A DNA stretch of 64,000 nucleotides from Octopus bimaculoides (Eukaryota). Under the pieces are notes generated by a model, which worked only from the letters and a program-made list of their open reading frames with translations, was not told the origin of the DNA and searched no databases. Within the stretch, counting starts at the first letter, position 1. Each line of letters opens with the position of its first letter. The DNA lies in contig NC_068982.1 of NCBI RefSeq assembly GCF_001194135.2, forward strand, positions 99,137,021 through 99,201,020, read 5' to 3'. Below are positions 40,546-53,211 of this stretch, in pieces. A program made the translations under genes and the position numbers.

Positions 40546-42149
40546 AAGCAAGTCTAAATTAGTTGAAAATATTACCCTGCATGGAAATAGGTAACGGTTG
40601 GCAACAAAGAGCCTTCAGCTATAGAAAAATCTAACCTAACAAATTTGATTGGATGCATGCAAGCATGGGAAAGTAGCTGTTAAAATTATGAAGACGTGTG
40701 TACAGTGTGTAAAATAAAGTGAAATCCAAAGAGGCTGGCAAGATTTGTATCAATTTAAAAAATCAACAGAGTACAGTGAAATTACTGTTTGGATTGGAAA
40801 ATCCAGTGTTTCAGTCAAAGTTCTTTGGGGGAAAAATTAACAGGTATGAAATTAAAAAAAGACAGCAGAATTTTACATCCTCTATGTTTAAGAAGCTGGT
40901 TGCAACTCATGAAGAATGAATGACCATATGAGATTCATACATGGACAGAAAGCTATATGGAGGAGACTTGGAGAGAGAGAAGTAGAAGAAAAGAGAAATT
41001 AAATGAGAAGTAGATGAAAGGTAGTGGTGAGGCAAAGGGAAAAATTGAGATGAAAGGGGAATTTAGGATAAAAAAAAAAAGGGCTACTGAACTAAGAGGA
41101 AATGTAGGAGTAGAAGGAAAAATGTTCTTTTAAAGCAATAAGTGACATGATAGCAAACTCAGAATATGAAACATTTCTCCTTTTGTTTCTTTAAGTATGT
41201 GAGACCCATAATGTGAGATACCATACACTGGTAAGTGAGTAACTGAGTGGCCTGATGTGTTGGAGCAGGTGGCGACAAGTTGGCTTGAATGTGCTTCCAA
41301 AAGTGATCAGCAAGGCATAAGTCTGTTACCCCATTATAAAAAGTGTCACAAATTTGCAAATAATACAATATATAAGTTTGGAAGATGCGCAACAGAAGTT
41401 CTGGATAATGTGACTAAGGCCCAGTCATGATAGTTACGGTATGGGCAGGTGTAGTATCATTGGTGAGTGCATTTAAATGTGTTTGGTAGTGTGAGGTTGG
41501 GTGCTATAGAGCTTCTGAGAAAATTTCTAAGGTTAACTTTTTTTTTTTGAAGGTAAAAAGAAGTGAAAAACGGAAGTGAATCTGAGAATGAAATATGTTG
41601 AATAAAATCATAATTAACTGATCCTCCTGCATTTTCTTACACAAAGCCAAGAACTTTTCAGCACCCCTTCGTATATATATATCTAAATGATACAGACATG
41701 ACTATGTGAATATGGATACAGAAAAGTGCAACTATGGTTGAACTGACCAATATCTTGTGAGTAAAGTTGGCAGAAAGAAATTGTAGGGAAGCTTGTCAAA
41801 TGTATGCACAAATGAATAGACATTCTATGCACATCTTTGCATGATACCATTTGAGCAAAACACTGGTGTCATGATCACATCCCTGTAAACCTTATGCCTT
41901 GTAGCTCTATGCTTTCAACTTGTGATAACCAGTGAACTAAAAAATCTTTTGAAAAACAAGCCAGGGTTAGTGATAAGAAGGGCATCCAGCTTAAATAAGT
42001 CTTTGTCCAACCTATGCCACTATGGAAGAGTGAATGTACAGAACAAACTGAAATACATATACATATATATACATATATGCAAACATAAACACACAAACAT
42101 CATCATTTTGCAGGTCTTCACCAGTATAGCATCTTGCTGCGTGTTTTTA

Positions 42150-42540
42150 ATATAATTACTGTCCCTTGTTATTTATGTGAAGCTCCACCTCCTAAAATCA
42201 ACCTTTACAACTTCTTTCTGTCTTCTTCCACTGAGGTCACTTGAATCTTTTTCAACCAAACTATCTTTCTTATGCATTATATAACCATAACCATATCAGC
42301 CCAGTTTTTTCATACCCAGTTTTTCCTCCACTTCATGTGCTGTCAATCATGTTAACATTACATATCCAGCAGAACATGTTCACCTCATTTTTAATCATTC
42401 ACCACTGTCAATGTGCATGTTTCAGTACCATGCACTTTACACATAAACAATCAGTCTTTTAACTGGAGAGAGAAGCCCTTTTTTGCCAATGAGGTAATAG
42501 CTCCAAGATATTTTCTAACCCCATACTTAATATGATTTTG
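42150..42540 (-). mobile_element. Old RTE copy, same region as 48600-48900
   Basis: tgtgcatgtttcagtaccatgcac...gagagaagccctt...gaggtaatagctcc aligns by eye with 48780-48895. Confidence 0.6.
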
Positions 42541-44338
42541 CAACACCAATACTCAACTGCTGATTTTGTCCAGCTTCCTCAAGCGCATTGGTTAAATTAT
42601 CATTTTCTTGAAATTAGCTCCAGGAAAGTCAGTGACCTGGATGAGGTAGAGTTTAAAAGAGAATGGCTGCAACTGAAAAATAGAGTAGCAAACATAAAAC
42701 TATCTTAACCCAGATGTTAGTTATGTTTGAATCTGAGTCTGAATGATGTAATTGTTGGTTTTTGAAGTAGTCTTTCCAGCATAAACTACTTAAAATATTT
42801 GCCTAAATAATTTTTTTGTATGCTTTTCCATATAAATTCTAGTTCTGAAGTTTATATTACATATATATCATTTTCAAATGATGTTTACTCAAGCTTTTGT
42901 CCTTTTATAACAGTGTACTTGGTTTGTATATTTTTGATTGCTCTTAGCTCAAAGCGCCATTAAAAAAGATGAGAAAGTATCATTAATTTGAAACAAGATG
43001 TGGATTCTGAAAGCTGCATGGCAAACTAATCAACAAGGAGATCTGTAACTTTAAATATAAACTGATACAAAGTTGAAGGGACTTATTAGTCTTTCTTATA
43101 TGGGACCATCTCTCTAGTGATAATGTTACAATAAAATGCTCCCAAGTACACTAAAAAAAGTGGTTGAGGCAGGAAAAGCATCCAAAGAAAAACACATCAA
43201 AAATGGTATGTATTATCAAAACATGGACTCTGCAAGTTGCTTCATAGACCATTGGTCCAGAAAAGTAGTAACTCTGAACATGAACTGATATAGGGTAGAG
43301 GAGACTCTTTAGTATTCCTTGCTACATGATCATTTATGTTCATTTTCCATACTGGTATGAGTTGGATGAATGGCATAATCTATGTCAGTTCTTATTCCAA
43401 CTTGCTCCCCTTCTAGACAAGTAGGAAGGAAAATCATGTCCACTGCATCTTAGTTTGGCTTCTACAACTGGATACTCTTTTCATCAAGAACCACTTAATT
43501 GAGTATTGAGAGCATTTTATTATCACACTGGTAATAGAGAGGTTCATGCCAAGTGCTCCCCCCCCCCCCATGTAGTCACTGTTCATTCTCCAGAGTCCCG
43601 AGTGGATTTTTTTTCTGTGACAACATAAGTGGGGTTGCTTTGTAGCCCATAAGATTAGAGAATACTCATCATTTTATAAACAACTTATTCATTTAAGGCT
43701 GTGGGTGAGGAGGCAAATATGAGGTGGAGAAAGAGAGAGAGAGGAACCAGGAAGAGTGAGTGGGTAAAGAGAGTAAGAGTATGATGGCAGAAAGACTGAT
43801 AGAGGTGAGAGAGAAACAGAGGTATGAGAGAGAGAGGGATGGTAATAAAGTGGACCACAATAAGAGTAAATGCTAAATATCAGTAAGTGGCCAAAGGTAA
43901 GGGTATGATGTCTGGAAGTACAAAAATGGATAACAAACAATAGAGTGCATGGAATACAAGCAGATCTGATGCAGTACTTTATCCACATACCTCATGATGA
44001 GAGAATGGGTGAGTGCTGGAAAGCTGAAGGGATCAGACAGGTTCAATATCTTTAATTACACTGGGACCATGGTACACTGATTGTGAGAGATCCACTGTCA
44101 TCTTTATACAGGCAGTATAGTCCAGTGAAGGTGAAAACAAGAGAGGTAATAACAAAATCAGAGATAGCAAGAGTAATGAGCACTAGACTGATGACAGGAT
44201 GTCAAAGAATCCAGCAGGGCAGTAAATTCATAACAATAGTTTAGTTATCATTTTGGATTCTAAATAGATTTTTATCTTTATCTTTCAAAAGATCTGCACT
44301 TTCATGGTAACAATGTGCATATATGTGTGTATACACAC

Positions 44339-44530
44339 CCATGAAGAGAGGGTTGATATGTCAAATGAAAATTCTGCAAACTTGTTGCAGAAAGCAGCAA
44401 GGTCAGTGGCATTGGTCTACAATAGATCTGATTTTTCAGTTACAATGAAGATATGTAGACTAAACACAGAATAGGCCATATTGTGGGATGGGAGGAAGCA
44501 ACCCACACCATCATCAAAAAGTGACTATGG
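44339..44530 (-). pseudogene. Candidate decayed exon (IVTF/DDGVG...LL*TNATDLAAFCNKFAEFSFDISTLSSW)
   Basis: Strong acceptor tttttttgtttgcttgctag; needs a 1-nt frameshift or the second AG at 44525-44526, plus one TAG. Confidence 0.22.
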
Positions 44531-45805
44531 CTAGCAAGCAAACAAAAAAAGTATCTGTATAATTGCTAAGCCAGTTATAAATAGCATTTAAATCTCCTTC
44601 ACATCACACCCAACCATCTTGAAAAAAAGAAAAGACCCATTTGACAGTATTAGATCTAATATGCTATGTCTAAATAAAGACAGGAATGACACAGAACTTC
44701 TTTGATCATAGGTCCACTTAATCAAAGCTAATATGCAGCTAAACACCAACTAACAATGACCATTAGAAGTGGTATCTATAAACACTAATCAAAACATCCT
44801 GACAATAAATGTTCATTTCAATTAGAATAACTGAGCTATGGTAAACATGGCCTACAGCACAGAACTAATAGTTTTATTATTTCTCAAATGTGTAAAGTAA
44901 CATAAAAAAGTAATTTAGACCTTACATTAATTTTTGCTAAAAACTAAATAAATAATATATTCTAAAGTGAAGAACAAATTAAACTGCGTAAGAGGAAACT
45001 GAATGCAATTTAGGAAATCCTGCCATTTCAGTGAGCTATCAGATAATACTCTGAAAAAGAAAAAAAAAAATGTGTGGTCATTATTGGAGACCAATATAAT
45101 TATCTAGAGCTGCTGGTGTGACTTTCATTCCAATAACATAACAGTGAGCGAGGCTTTTAGTCTCATAGAAAAGACTTTTCTTTTTTTGTATCAATGAAGG
45201 AAATATATTAAAAACTAAAGAAGATATGTATCAAACAATACATTTAATTAGATAATTAATGACTGCATTTTATAACATGAAACATACATTTGAAAATATT
45301 TTTCTGGTCTGTTTTTAACTACTTTACAGTAGTTATATAAAGTACTGATATTCTATATAACTTTGAAAAAGTTTAATTTGTTAATTTAATATTTAGTCGT
45401 CATTTTATTGATGTCAGCTACTAATTACTTGTTCTTGTAAATCTGTTTTTTGATACAGGTTCTAAATTTCTGTTGCTCCACAAAGTTAAGACAATTCCTT
45501 GCTTTGGGGTTTGTTTTAAAATTTAATTTTATGTATTTGCACATCATATTATATGTCATAACAAATTTTAAGTTCTTAGATTTTTGAGCAAATTTGTTAT
45601 TTCTATATGGCTAGGTCAGAACACAAAGGCACAAAATATATTCAGAATTGTACGCTAAAAGTAAGAGTTTCAGCAATGAGTAATAATTCTAATAATAAAA
45701 TCTCTTAAGTAAACATTATTATAAAATCTCTCATGGAAAACATTACAAACTCTGATACTAAGATGAAAAGAGACATTATTATAACAAGCATAGTTTAGCT
45801 TATAC

Positions 45806-46102
45806 CATGAACAAACCAAATTAACATATATGCCTTCTGGGTGTTCTGTCTTAAACATTTCACATGAAACAGATATTTTGAATTACTTTTTGTGGGAATG
45901 ATATAAAAGAATCCTAATGTTGAACAGAATATAAAGGATAGACTATGAATCAAATAATGTGAACCAAATAATAAAGGTAGACCTATGAACCAAATATTGT
46001 GCTCATCAGATGCAGTACAAATAGTTACATTAATAAATATGTAATTTTGAACATAACTAATCAGAATGTGCATTACAGTCCCATCAAACAGGTCATTTTT
46101 AG
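45806..46102 (-). CDS. Candidate exon, phase 1 (KNDLFDGTVMHILISYVQNYIFINVTICTASD...)
   Basis: Acceptor gttttaag, about 98 open codons; donor uncertain (GTATAA, GTAATT or GTGAAA). Confidence 0.3.
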
Positions 46103-46289
46103 CTTAAAACTTGTTTTTCTATCTGTGCGTAAGTAGAACATCTCCAACATACATAGTATATGCTGAATTACAAACTTCAGTTACATAGCACATATTAAAC
46201 AGAGTTCAATTTACAAATGAGCTCATAATTTATGTACCAAACAAGTTCATAAACTATTTAATTACAAAATGTTCTTTATTATTGATCCA

Positions 46290-46425
46290 CAGCACTTGAT
46301 TGGTGCTTTATTTTATCAACCTTGAAAGGATGAAAGGCAGTGTTGACCCTGAAAAGATCTGAGCCAGAACAAATATCAAGGCATTCTTTCCAACATTCTC
46401 ACATTTCTACCAAACTACTGCCTTT
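46290..46425 (-). mobile_element. Degraded SINE-B
   Basis: ttattttatcaaccttgaaaggatgaaaggcagtgttgaccc. Confidence 0.65.
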
Positions 46426-46559
46426 ATTGTTCTTTAATATAAGAATTCATTCCACCTCCAAGTTATTGACCTGAAAAAGGAGTTAACATAACCTGATTGT
46501 AACTGGTTTGGAAATAAATTATCAATATATATATAATATGCTACGTGTCTTTTTTGTAG

Positions 46560-46883
46560 ATTAGCATTGCCTTCTAGCACTTGTGCTGGTGGCACATTAG
46601 AAAACCAGTGCCACTGGACTGGCTCCCGTGCAGGTGGCACGTAAATAGAAACACCTTTTTGAGCGTGGCTGTTGCCAGTACCGTGTGACTGGCCCTCGTG
46701 CCGGTGGCACGTAAAAACACCCACTACTCTCGGAGTGGTTGGCATTAGGAAGGGCATCCAGCTGTAGAAACTTTGCCAGATCAGATTGGAGCCTGGTGCA
46801 GCCTTCTGGCTTGCCAGTCCTCAGTTAAATCGGCCAACCCATGCTAGCATGGAAAGCGGACGTTAAATAATGGTGATGATGAT
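46560..46883 (+). mobile_element. RTE 3' UTR fragment with (GAT)n tail
   Basis: Collinear with 9345-9700. Confidence 0.88.
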
Positions 46884-47369
46884 ATATATTCTTGTGAGTA
46901 AAACTTTGATGTTTGAAGCTGTTGAATTTGTTCCAATTTATAAGATTTATAAGCTGGAGTCATTTTGTTTATCATTTTTTTTTTTTTTGCATTTGTCTCA
47001 TAATGCTTAATGAAACAGTTTTCTAAATTATTCAACAGCGTTTCTTTCCTCTTGCTATAACATTTCTACTTCATTGTTCTGTTTGTCTTTTGTATTTGAA
47101 AGTTCATTCAGCTTTCTTATCTTACATATAATAAAATGCAATGAACCGGTCATGCTGGGTGGTGGAAACTAAAACAACAAATAGAGTAGGAGTGAACTGT
47201 AAGATGTTTTACTATAAAGTCATCAATATTTAAATCAAAATGAAACTAAATTTTCATCATAAATTATATTTTAGCAATTTCACATGCACATATGAATATA
47301 TATGAAATTAAACATTAAACTCTTTTATTTTCAAGGTATTATTGCTCATGTATATATACATACATATAC

Positions 47370-47842
47370 CACTCTCTCTCTTCCTTACCCCTCGCTGGTC
47401 ACATGTGTCCAATTACTAATTCTTTTCTTCCTTGGCTATCGCCGAGCAAACACGCGAACTTACTTCGTCCCACTTCCAGTTCGTTGCTTCACAGCATTCA
47501 ACATACACATAATTTTTCATGTCTGGCCTTTTCCGTTTGTTTTCTGTCTGCCACTACATTCCTCCATGGTATAAGTTTAATTTGTGTATACAAATGAAAT
47601 TTGTGGTCCGTGAGAAGAGCCATTTTAACGATGCGTCCTGCCCTACACTCCGAAATGCCTGTGTTAGAATAGGGGTAGCTGATGAAGGAAAATGTTCTCT
47701 ATGTGGCCTGTGTGTGTTCTGTACTCTGGTTATTATTATTTTCTTTGTCTACGTTTTGTTTGCAATGTCCTGTACCCAGATATGCACAAACCTGTACGTA
47801 CATATGCATATACTCATTTATTATTTGCTTTATATATATATA
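47370..47842. mobile_element. Probable Penelope-like repeat (pLTR-type region)
   Basis: CpG-retaining block with ctccGAAA (47652-47655) and CTGATGA (47679-47685); resembles from memory a common octopus repeat; unverified. Confidence 0.4.
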
Positions 47843-48189
47843 NNNNNNNNNNNNNNNNNNNNNNNNNNNNNNNNNNNNNNNNNNNNNNNNNNNNNNNNNN
47901 NNNNNNNNNNNNNNNNNNNNNNNNNNNNNNNNNNNNNNNNNNNNNNNNNNNNNNNNNNNNNNNNNNNNNNNNNNNNNNNNNNNNNNNNNNNNNNNNNNNN
48001 NNNNNNNNNNNNNNNNNNNNNNNNNNNNNNNNNNNNNNNNNNNNNNNNNNNNNNNNNNNNNNNNNNNNNNNNNNNNNNNNNNNNNNNNNNNNNNNNNNNN
48101 NNNNNNNNNNNNNNNNNNNNNNNNNNNNNNNNCATTAACAGGTATGGATATATAAACGCCCTTGGGCAAGCTGCATGGTGTGAGTAAAC

Positions 48190-49401
48190 AATTTTGCTTT
48201 CGCTTGCCCCAGCAGGTCTTCGCAAGCCGATTTTAGTGTTCAATGAAAGAGACATTGGCATGGGTGCCAGTCGTCAAATTTAGTTCGATTTCGATTTCAC
48301 TTGCCTCAACAGGTCTTCGCAAGCAGAGTTTAGTGTCCAAGGAAGGAATGTTATGCATAAGTGGGCTGGCTACATCTCTGGCAGAAGCCTTGGATTTTGG
48401 TCTCACTTGGCTTGCCGGGTCTTCTCACACACAGCATATTTCCAAAGGTCTCGGTCACAAGTCATCATCTCGGTGAGGCCTAATGTTTGGAGGTCGTGCT
48501 TCACCACCTCATCCCAGGTCTTCATGGGCCTGCCTCTTCCACAGGTTCCCTCAACCGCTAGGGTGTAGCACTTTTTCACACAGCTATCCTCATCCATTCT
48601 CGGCACATGACCATACTAGCGCAATCGTCTCTCTTGCACACCACAACTGATGCTTCTTAGTCTCAACTTTCTTTTCTCTCAAGGTACTTACACTCTGTCG
48701 AGTATGCACACTGACATTACACATCCATAGGAGTATACTGGCTTCATTCCTTGCGAGCTTACACATGTCCTCAGCAGTCACAGCCCATGTTTCACTGCCA
48801 TGTAGCATGTCTGTTTGTACACATGCGTCATACAGTCTGCATTTTACTCTGAGTGAGAAGCCCTTTGTCACCAGCAGAGGTAAGAGCTCTCTGAGCTTTG
48901 CCCAGGCTATTCTTATTCTAGCAGCTACACTTTCAGCACACCCTCCCCCACTACTAACTTGGTTACCTAGATAATGGAAGCTATCAGCTACTTCTGGTTT
49001 TTCTCCCTGGAATGGGGCAGAAGTTGTTTTCTGCACATTTTCAGTGTTTATTGCTCCTGAACATCTGCCACATACAAAAACTATCTTTCTAGTTAGCCTT
49101 CCTTTGATATTGCTGCACCTCTTATGTGTCCATAGCTTACACTGGGTACATCTTATAGAGTTTCTACCTACACCTTCTCTACAGATCGAGCAGAGCCATC
49201 TACCTGAAGGGGTTTGTGTTTTGTCTACCTTCCTACTTATTAGGACTTTGGTTTTGGTTAGGTTGACTCCAAGGCACTAATCTTTGCTTCCACATCTGAA
49301 ACTTCTCCTCTAGATCTGACAGTGACTTAGCAATTAGAGCAAGGTCATCAGCATAGAGGAGCTCCCAGGGGCATCCTCTCTTGAATTCCTGTGTTATTGC
49401 C
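48190..49401 (-). mobile_element. Defective RTE LINE: RT C-terminal half with an embedded PHD finger, ORF end and part of the 3' UTR; 5' part lost in gap 49402-50330
   Basis: Minus ITQEFKRGCPWELLYADDLALIA, VNLTKTKV, C4HC3 motif, FHYLGNQVSSGGG, LHGSETW, GRGRPMKTWDEVVKHD; frameshifts near 49275 and 48640. Confidence 0.96.
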
Positions 49402-50330
49402 NNNNNNNNNNNNNNNNNNNNNNNNNNNNNNNNNNNNNNNNNNNNNNNNNNNNNNNNNNNNNNNNNNNNNNNNNNNNNNNNNNNNNNNNNNNNNNNNNNN
49501 NNNNNNNNNNNNNNNNNNNNNNNNNNNNNNNNNNNNNNNNNNNNNNNNNNNNNNNNNNNNNNNNNNNNNNNNNNNNNNNNNNNNNNNNNNNNNNNNNNNN
49601 NNNNNNNNNNNNNNNNNNNNNNNNNNNNNNNNNNNNNNNNNNNNNNNNNNNNNNNNNNNNNNNNNNNNNNNNNNNNNNNNNNNNNNNNNNNNNNNNNNNN
49701 NNNNNNNNNNNNNNNNNNNNNNNNNNNNNNNNNNNNNNNNNNNNNNNNNNNNNNNNNNNNNNNNNNNNNNNNNNNNNNNNNNNNNNNNNNNNNNNNNNNN
49801 NNNNNNNNNNNNNNNNNNNNNNNNNNNNNNNNNNNNNNNNNNNNNNNNNNNNNNNNNNNNNNNNNNNNNNNNNNNNNNNNNNNNNNNNNNNNNNNNNNNN
49901 NNNNNNNNNNNNNNNNNNNNNNNNNNNNNNNNNNNNNNNNNNNNNNNNNNNNNNNNNNNNNNNNNNNNNNNNNNNNNNNNNNNNNNNNNNNNNNNNNNNN
50001 NNNNNNNNNNNNNNNNNNNNNNNNNNNNNNNNNNNNNNNNNNNNNNNNNNNNNNNNNNNNNNNNNNNNNNNNNNNNNNNNNNNNNNNNNNNNNNNNNNNN
50101 NNNNNNNNNNNNNNNNNNNNNNNNNNNNNNNNNNNNNNNNNNNNNNNNNNNNNNNNNNNNNNNNNNNNNNNNNNNNNNNNNNNNNNNNNNNNNNNNNNNN
50201 NNNNNNNNNNNNNNNNNNNNNNNNNNNNNNNNNNNNNNNNNNNNNNNNNNNNNNNNNNNNNNNNNNNNNNNNNNNNNNNNNNNNNNNNNNNNNNNNNNNN
50301 NNNNNNNNNNNNNNNNNNNNNNNNNNNNNN

Positions 50331-50400
<70 letters not shown>

Positions 50401-50440
50401 GTATATATACACACACACACATATATACATATATACACAT

Positions 50441-51757
50441 ACTAGCTTTTGGACCCGGCGTTGCTCATGCTTTCCGTGTTGCAGTTAAGCCAACCTCTGA
50501 TCTTGTATTGAAATCTTCTACTTCTCCCTGCCAAGTATTATCCATTAAGATGTTATATTTGGTTCTGTAGGGATTTTACATGGTTAACGCTTTTGACATA
50601 CTCCTACATTCGGGACCATCTGAAATCGCAGTCAAACGTTTGGGTGTACCTCGGCCGTTGAGAGTGATGTTTGTTTATTTTTCTCCCCTTAATGCCACCC
50701 TCTGTACAAAATTGATCAGTGTATCCAATGTCAGAAAAATCCGAAGAAAAGTGTTAAGGTTACGTCATAAAATAGAATCTATGTGACCATTCACATGAAA
50801 ATATCCCATTGACTTTTAAATCCCAATACATTATATGAATAATCGATGTTTCATGTGAAAGTGCTTAATTTTAATCATGGGTCAATTTTCTTCAAAATCG
50901 TTTCATTATTTTGTGAGTGAATTTTGACGATTTCTGCTTTCACCAATTTAGTTTTAATTCTACTACATGACTCTGAGCATAAACTTTACCTAAATGTCAA
51001 ATTTCATCAAAATCAGATGAATTCTGTAAAAGTTACACCATAAAATATTAATCCTAGGGGTAATTGCATACAAGAAGCCTATTGATTCCTTAAAATACCC
51101 TGCTCATGTGCAATTATCAATTTTTTGTCAACTTTTCATGCTGTCATCAACTAATGGACATGAACTGTAATCACATGTAAAATTTCTACCAAATTGATAA
51201 GAATGTCTCTAAGGAAATGCTTATTTGCATTTGTGCCCTTTTCAAGTCCTGTTGAATTAAATAAACATCTTTACCATCTCCCCCACCACAAAATTTACCT
51301 ACATCTCAAATTACATTGAAATCGGATAAAAAATACAAAAGTTATGGTCAAAAATAAAATCCCTATGGGTATCTACATGCAAAAAGCTTATTGATTTTAT
51401 AAAACCACTGCTCAGGTGCAATTATCGATTTTTTTGTCAATGCCATATACTGACATCAACTCACTGTCATGAGCCTCACTCACTCATCAACTTTCATCAA
51501 AATCGGACAAAAAAATGCAAAAGCTACAGGAAAAATAACATCATTATGGGACTTACCATTCAAATGCCTGATTCAGCTCACAAAAATTGATGCCAACTGA
51601 GCATTATCAAGTTTTCGAAAAATTCCAGCCTTATTTGAACTTCAGGGCATGTGATCTACCTACGAGCCAAAACTCATTAAAATTTATTGGACGGTGTGGG
51701 AGGAGCTAGAGTAACCCCAAACACACACGCAGACACTATTACACATTTATGTATATA
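50441..51757 (+). mobile_element. Non-autonomous Helitron/Helentron-associated (HINE/DINE-like) element
   Basis: Starts t/actagcttttggacccggcgttg, ends ...cagacactattacacatttatgtatata; internal imperfect repeats with aaatttcatcaaaatcgg; no ORF; sits within (TA)/(CA) repeats. Confidence 0.6.
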
Positions 51758-53115
51758 CACACACACATATATACATATATATTACATAGACAATAATAAT
51801 TTCAACTGAGACATCATACCTGTACCTGTTGCAGTGCTTCAATTCTGTGCATGTACATATATTTACTTGATTGCTGATATTTATCAATGGTTTCTCTCAT
51901 TGTTTTGATGCATCATTTTCTATCATTAATAAAACTGTCAGCATTTTTGACAATATGGGTATGCTAGTTTAATTAGGAGAGAAAATATAAATGACATCTT
52001 CATGCAGTGCTCACCAACACACTTCAGTCTCTGACCCACAGATGTGCAGTCACATTTCTCTGCATTTTATACCACAACTCCTTAAAACTGACTGATCTCA
52101 TACCACCTCCATGCAGACTCAACTCTCCTCTTATCACCCATAGCCACTTGCAGACCCTGCACTACTCACCCACATATATCATCCCATAAATTCCCCCACC
52201 CCTGCCCATGTATTCTTACAGCCATCAACTTGCACATTCAAGAGAAATGTTAACCACTAAACAAATTAAAAAATAATTTGATTTAAAAAGCAAACAAATG
52301 ATTTTAATTCACTGTATCCAACCAACGAATTTGTGGCTTTGTGCTATAATTAAAATATATGTAATAATACTCAAATAAAATAACTTCCTTCACTTTCCAA
52401 TTCTAAATTATACTGTTTCATAATATTTTGAAACCACTGTGTGAAAATACACATTATTCCATCCATTTTATTTTTGGCTGTTGCATAAAAAAAAAAACAT
52501 CTTTAAAAAATCAACTATCTGACAAGTATATTTTTATTCACCTACAAACTACAACTGCTTGTTGATAAACTGTATCATCTGTTTTATTATTATTATTATT
52601 ATGTTTCCAACTGAACTTGTAAGCTACAAACCACCTTGACCCAAGCCTGATTTTTGTTCTGCTTTTTATCTCTACTCTGTCTTATCATCCCCCAAACTCA
52701 TGAATTCTTTTCTCAATTCTTTCTCTTTACATCTGCAATTCTATAATACATAACCACACATACCTTACAGGCATTAGCCAACAGAAGTTTAAATTAATTA
52801 CTAATCTCATCAATCACAGGAAGGGTGGGATCTGTACTTTTCCAGCCTCAGTTATTAAAAAAAAATCAAAGACACAAAATTCTTCATAACACATTTACAA
52901 TTATTTTTATTATTTTAGATCTGACAAACAGTGATATTCGCATAAACCATTTACAGTTATCATTGCTAGCTTAATAAGTGTGGAATTCATCCTTTTTCCT
53001 AAACTTTCATTAGGAATTATGAGTCAAGTTGATGTTTTACTTCCTTCTTTATATTTGCCTTTTAACAAGTGAGATGTCCTTACTATTAATCACTAAATTG
53101 CAAGGTAGGACTAAC

Positions 53116-53211
53116 ATCCACTTTCAACTAGGATAGCAAGCAGATTGACTGCTTTGTAGTAAGCTTTCAACTCCACCTTGTGAGTAGCAGTCCAGCATCT
53201 TAATTCAACAG
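53116..53211 (-). CDS. Candidate exon, phase 1 to 1 (VELRCWTATHKVELKAYYKAVNLLAILVESG)
   Basis: Acceptor taatgtaatttag, donor GTTAGT, 31 open codons. Confidence 0.38.

Noticed and set aside
41190-41240. Plus-strand micro-exon with strong AG and GTAAGT
   Set aside because: Reads YVRPIM..PYT, typical of a decayed CR1/Jockey LINE
44926-45050. Minus segment with strong acceptor and GTAAGG donor
   Set aside because: The only long frame ends in TAA just before the donor and the peptide has no recognisable motif
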